Assembly: GCA_045656285.1 (NCBI GenBank)
Contig: JAZOQY010000057.1
Span: 1,845 to 65,844 of the forward strand
Direction: 5' to 3'
DNA: 64,000 nt
From: Kiritimatiellia bacterium
GTDB lineage: Bacteria; Verrucomicrobiota; Kiritimatiellia; RFP12; UBA1067
The notes under the pieces were generated by a model that saw nothing but the letters and a program-made list of their open reading frames with translations, searched no databases and was not told the origin of the DNA. This document shows, piece by piece, positions 61,381 to 64,000 of this stretch; the first letter of the stretch is position 1; each line of letters opens with the position of its first letter. Both the position numbers and the translations under genes were made by a program.

Positions 61381-64000
61381 TTATTCAGCGGACGTCGGCT
61401 GGCTCGCAGCTATCGGAGCGAAATCGACGAGAACGCGATAGAACGCTGCATCACCGATCGCAGGAGCGTTAAGCCCTGTCGTTACCGTAGCTTCGTCCGT
61501 ATCAACCTTATCGACAGCCGCTGCCGAGCGAACCGCGTAGTAAAGGCCAGGAAGCTCAGTCTCGAGCGCGACCGTTACATTGCCGTTCTCATCGAAGCTA
61601 ATGGCAGTAATCTCAGGCGTGACAACCGCTGGATTAAGCGCGACAGTTACCGTATACTTTCTTGTCGACTCATTAAGTGTAGCCGTCTTGGTGAAGTATG
61701 TAGCGTATGTCGCAGCATCAACGTCGGTTACACCCTCCGGAATAAGGATTTCAACCTTAGCCGCAGCCGCAGCCGCATCAGTAGCCGAAACCTCAATCGA
61801 ACCACTCGGCTCAATCGCCGGCTTCTCGACTACGGTGTAGAAGCCGTCAACAGGGCCTGTAATCTCATATCCTTCGGCTACGAACTTATCATTAGGCTTA
61901 GTTACATATTGGCCGCCAGTCAAAAGAAGAGAGCCTGTTGTTGTGCCGCCTGTTAAAGTTTGTTCTTCAACACAAATGTTTGAAACACTGATAGTTGCGC
62001 CATCATAAAACTCAAAGCCAAACCAGGCAGTAGAACTCTTAATTGTACCGCCCAAAAATTCAGCCCTAGCACCTCCCGCAACAGCGATTACAGCCGCGGA
62101 CTCACTCCCATTGTAGTCACCAGACTTCTGAAACACGCCATCGAGAACTTTAACCGCACCAGCCTTAACATTTAACAACCTATAGGTAGAAGCTTTATTG
62201 TGCACTACCGTATATTCTCCACCATCAATCTCAACATATGCACCATTATGCATACGAATACCATGATAATGCGTAGTGAGATTTACATTTACCAATTTAA
62301 GACTTATATTCTTAACAAGAATAGCTCCTTTATTACCTTCTGAGGCCACTGGAGTTTCGCAATAAATATTACCATTTTCAATAATGAAATCTGCTGAATT
62401 TTCATTTGCGAAATAAGCTAAAACACCACCATTAAGCGTCTTGCCGCCAAGGTCAATCGTGCCATTGAAGCCAGCAGGAATGGTGATATTCTCTGTCGTA
62501 TCCTTAATAAGCGTAACCTCAACACCAGCCGTTGTGCCCGCAGCCGTAAGAGCTTCCTGAAGCGTCTCATACTCCGTCTCGCCAATCTTAGCGACATTAT
62601 TCGAGACAGGGATTAGAGCTACAGTCCAGTAGCCATCTTCGCCTTCAGTAGCGGTATAGCCATCAGCGCACCATGTTGTTACATTATCATCTGTATTAAC
62701 AGCGGCAGGATTGAAGTCCTTGAACGTACCACCCTTGACAACAAAAGTGCCGGGTTCATCATTGCGGCTGTTCAATGTCCAACGAGGCGTCTGGCAAATG
62801 AACGTACCGCCGTTGATTTCGACAGAGCCACCATTTCTAACATAAATAAGGTCGAAGTGGGCTCCGTCTTCTTCGGACGTAGCACCTACGTTCGTATAAG
62901 TACCGCCATTGATAGTAACCTTACCACCATCTTTAGCCCAGACAGCCATGCACCAGTCATTCAAACCGAACGCATTAACCGTACCTTCGCCTTCGAGGGT
63001 GAGGTCGCCGCCAGCGACAACATAGAACACACCGTTACCTTCTGTATCATTGGTAGCAGCAATTGTCTTCCCGCCAAGGTTAACCGTCACCTTCTTGTTA
63101 ACGGTAATCGGGCCATCCGTAACAATATCAGCGATTACGGTAACAGTAGCACCAGCATTTGCAGCATTAACAGCAGCCTGAAGCGTCTGATACTTCGTTT
63201 CGCCAACCTGAGCCACAGGAGTTGCCGCGGTTACATCAGGTGTTGTGATTTCAGCACCGTTTTCACCAGAGTTGACCGTATAATCCTTAGAGGTCGAACC
63301 GTCAGCAAAAACCTTACCATCATCAGCCTTAAGAGTGAGTGTCACATCCGTGTTAGGATCAACAGCGATGGTGCCAGCTTCAACCACATTGCCATTTGCA
63401 TCATACCACTTAGTATTCGCAGGCGCCGCAGGAATCGTCACATTGACCTTCGCCACAGCGAGCTTGATGGTGTTGCCATCAACGACGTACTTGAGACCAG
63501 TAGGAGCGGTCGGCAAGGATGGCACGATGTCTGCGGCATTGTTGCAAGCGATGACCGTTTCGCCAGCTTCATCAGCGTGGGTGATGGTCAATGCACCAGC
63601 AACAGTAACATTGCCATTAACCGTCACCGGTCCCGCGAGGGTCGCGCCATCAGCGAGGGTAAATGTATTGACTCCTGAAATCGTACCTGAACCAGAAAGT
63701 GTGGACGTTTTGATTACAACAGGCTTTCGACCTTGACCACTTGGAACTCCATTAACCGTGCCATTAACTTCAAGGGCATTAAGTGTAATATCGTACTGAT
63801 TGCCCCAAGTTTTCAAGGTCAATGTATTTCCAGCAGCAACAATCAAGGTGCCCGTGAAACGGGAAAGGCCCGATGTAAAACCGGAATCACCAGTATTGCC
63901 AATCATTGCATTGGCATTAATCACAATCTTACCGGCGCCTGCGAATCCGCGATACAACTCTCCCGAGGATTGAATTTCGAGTTCGCCATTTACAGTAATG
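61381..64000 (-). CDS. large beta-helix / autotransporter-associated-repeat surface protein; its 5' end runs off the window
   Basis: The frame stays open to base 64000 (the M at 63957 in the track is a TTG). Gly/Thr/Asn/Val-rich beta-strand repeats. Two similar modules: VGETKYQTLQAAVNAANAGATVTVIADI and IGETEYETLQEALTAAGTTAGVEVTLIKDT. Confidence 0.7.
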   Translation of the reverse strand, partial: ITVNGELEIQSSGELYRGFAGAGKIVINANAMIGNTGDSGFTSGLSRFTGTLIVAAGNTLTLKTWGNQYDITLNALEVNGTVNGVPSGQGRKPVVIKTSTLSGSGTISGVNTFTLADGATLAGPVTVNGNVTVAGALTITHADEAGETVIACNNAADIVPSLPTAPTGLKYVVDGNTIKLAVAKVNVTIPAAPANTKWYDANGNVVEAGTIAVDPNTDVTLTLKADDGKVFADGSTSKDYTVNSGENGAEITTPDVTAATPVAQVGETKYQTLQAAVNAANAGATVTVIADIVTDGPITVNKKVTVNLGGKTIAATNDTEGNGVFYVVAGGDLTLEGEGTVNAFGLNDWCMAVWAKDGGKVTINGGTYTNVGATSEEDGAHFDLIYVRNGGSVEINGGTFICQTPRWTLNSRNDEPGTFVVKGGTFKDFNPAAVNTDDNVTTWCADGYTATEGEDGYWTVALIPVSNNVAKIGETEYETLQEALTAAGTTAGVEVTLIKDTTENITIPAGFNGTIDLGGKTLNGGVLAYFANENSADFIIENGNIYCETPVASEGNKGAILVKNISLKLVNVNLTTHYHGIRMHNGAYVEIDGGEYTVVHNKASTYRLLNVKAGAVKVLDGVFQKSGDYNGSESAAVIAVAGGARAEFLGGTIKSSTAWFGFEFYDGATISVSNICVEEQTLTGGTTTGSLLLTGGQYVTKPNDKFVAEGYEITGPVDGFYTVVEKPAIEPSGSIEVSATDAAAAAAKVEILIPEGVTDVDAATYATYFTKTATLNESTRKYTVTVALNPAVVTPEITAISFDENGNVTVALETELPGLYYAVRSAAAVDKVDTDEATVTTGLNAPAIGDAAFYRVLVDFAPIAASQPTSAE

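Overview
The window is 64 kb of a high-GC bacterial chromosome. Hand-counted core lines run about 55-65% GC, and two patches run about 35-48%. Every gene I can support lies on the minus strand: about 50 CDS plus one tRNA. Many neighbouring genes share ATGA or GTGA stop/start overlaps. The content is mostly housekeeping:
- translation and nucleotide metabolism: frr, pyrH, purC, purF-like, glyQS, tRNA-Arg(CCG)
- DNA transactions: recR, ybaB, ruvB, topA, xerC/D
- cell wall: murF, murI, mraY, a MurC-like ligase, LL-DAP aminotransferase dapL
- isoprenoid: dxr, ispG
- other: trkAH, rseP, lspA, miaA-like, and an AroK-AroA-AroE fusion

Accessory genes include a roughly 1900-aa thioester alpha-2-macroglobulin, an arylamine N-acetyltransferase, two ABC-2 exporter sets (one GldA/F/G-like with DUF4340), a GH106-like hydrolase, a GH2 beta-galactosidase and a large beta-helix surface protein. 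dapL, a roughly 670-aa GreA-like protein and the scattered cell-wall genes suggest an anaerobe of the PVC superphylum (Planctomycetes/Verrucomicrobia/Chlamydiae), but this is inference only.

The most unusual signal is at 59997-61320. Two homologous blocks of about 320 bp each carry the tetranucleotide CTAG about 32 times, phased every 9 bp. Each block is built from two opposed arrays (GGCTAGA versus TCTAGCC). The blocks bracket a single four-helix-bundle (23S-IVS/Avd-like) gene, and each block ends exactly at the -35 position of a near-identical promoter.

A second genome-style signal is a recurrent extended -10 motif, TTTGGTATAAT. At six genes it sits only 7-10 nt from the start codon, which predicts leaderless or nearly leaderless mRNAs.

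I saw no CRISPR array, IS element, prophage or recognisable defence system. All coordinates and counts were derived by hand from the sequence, and no database search was possible.
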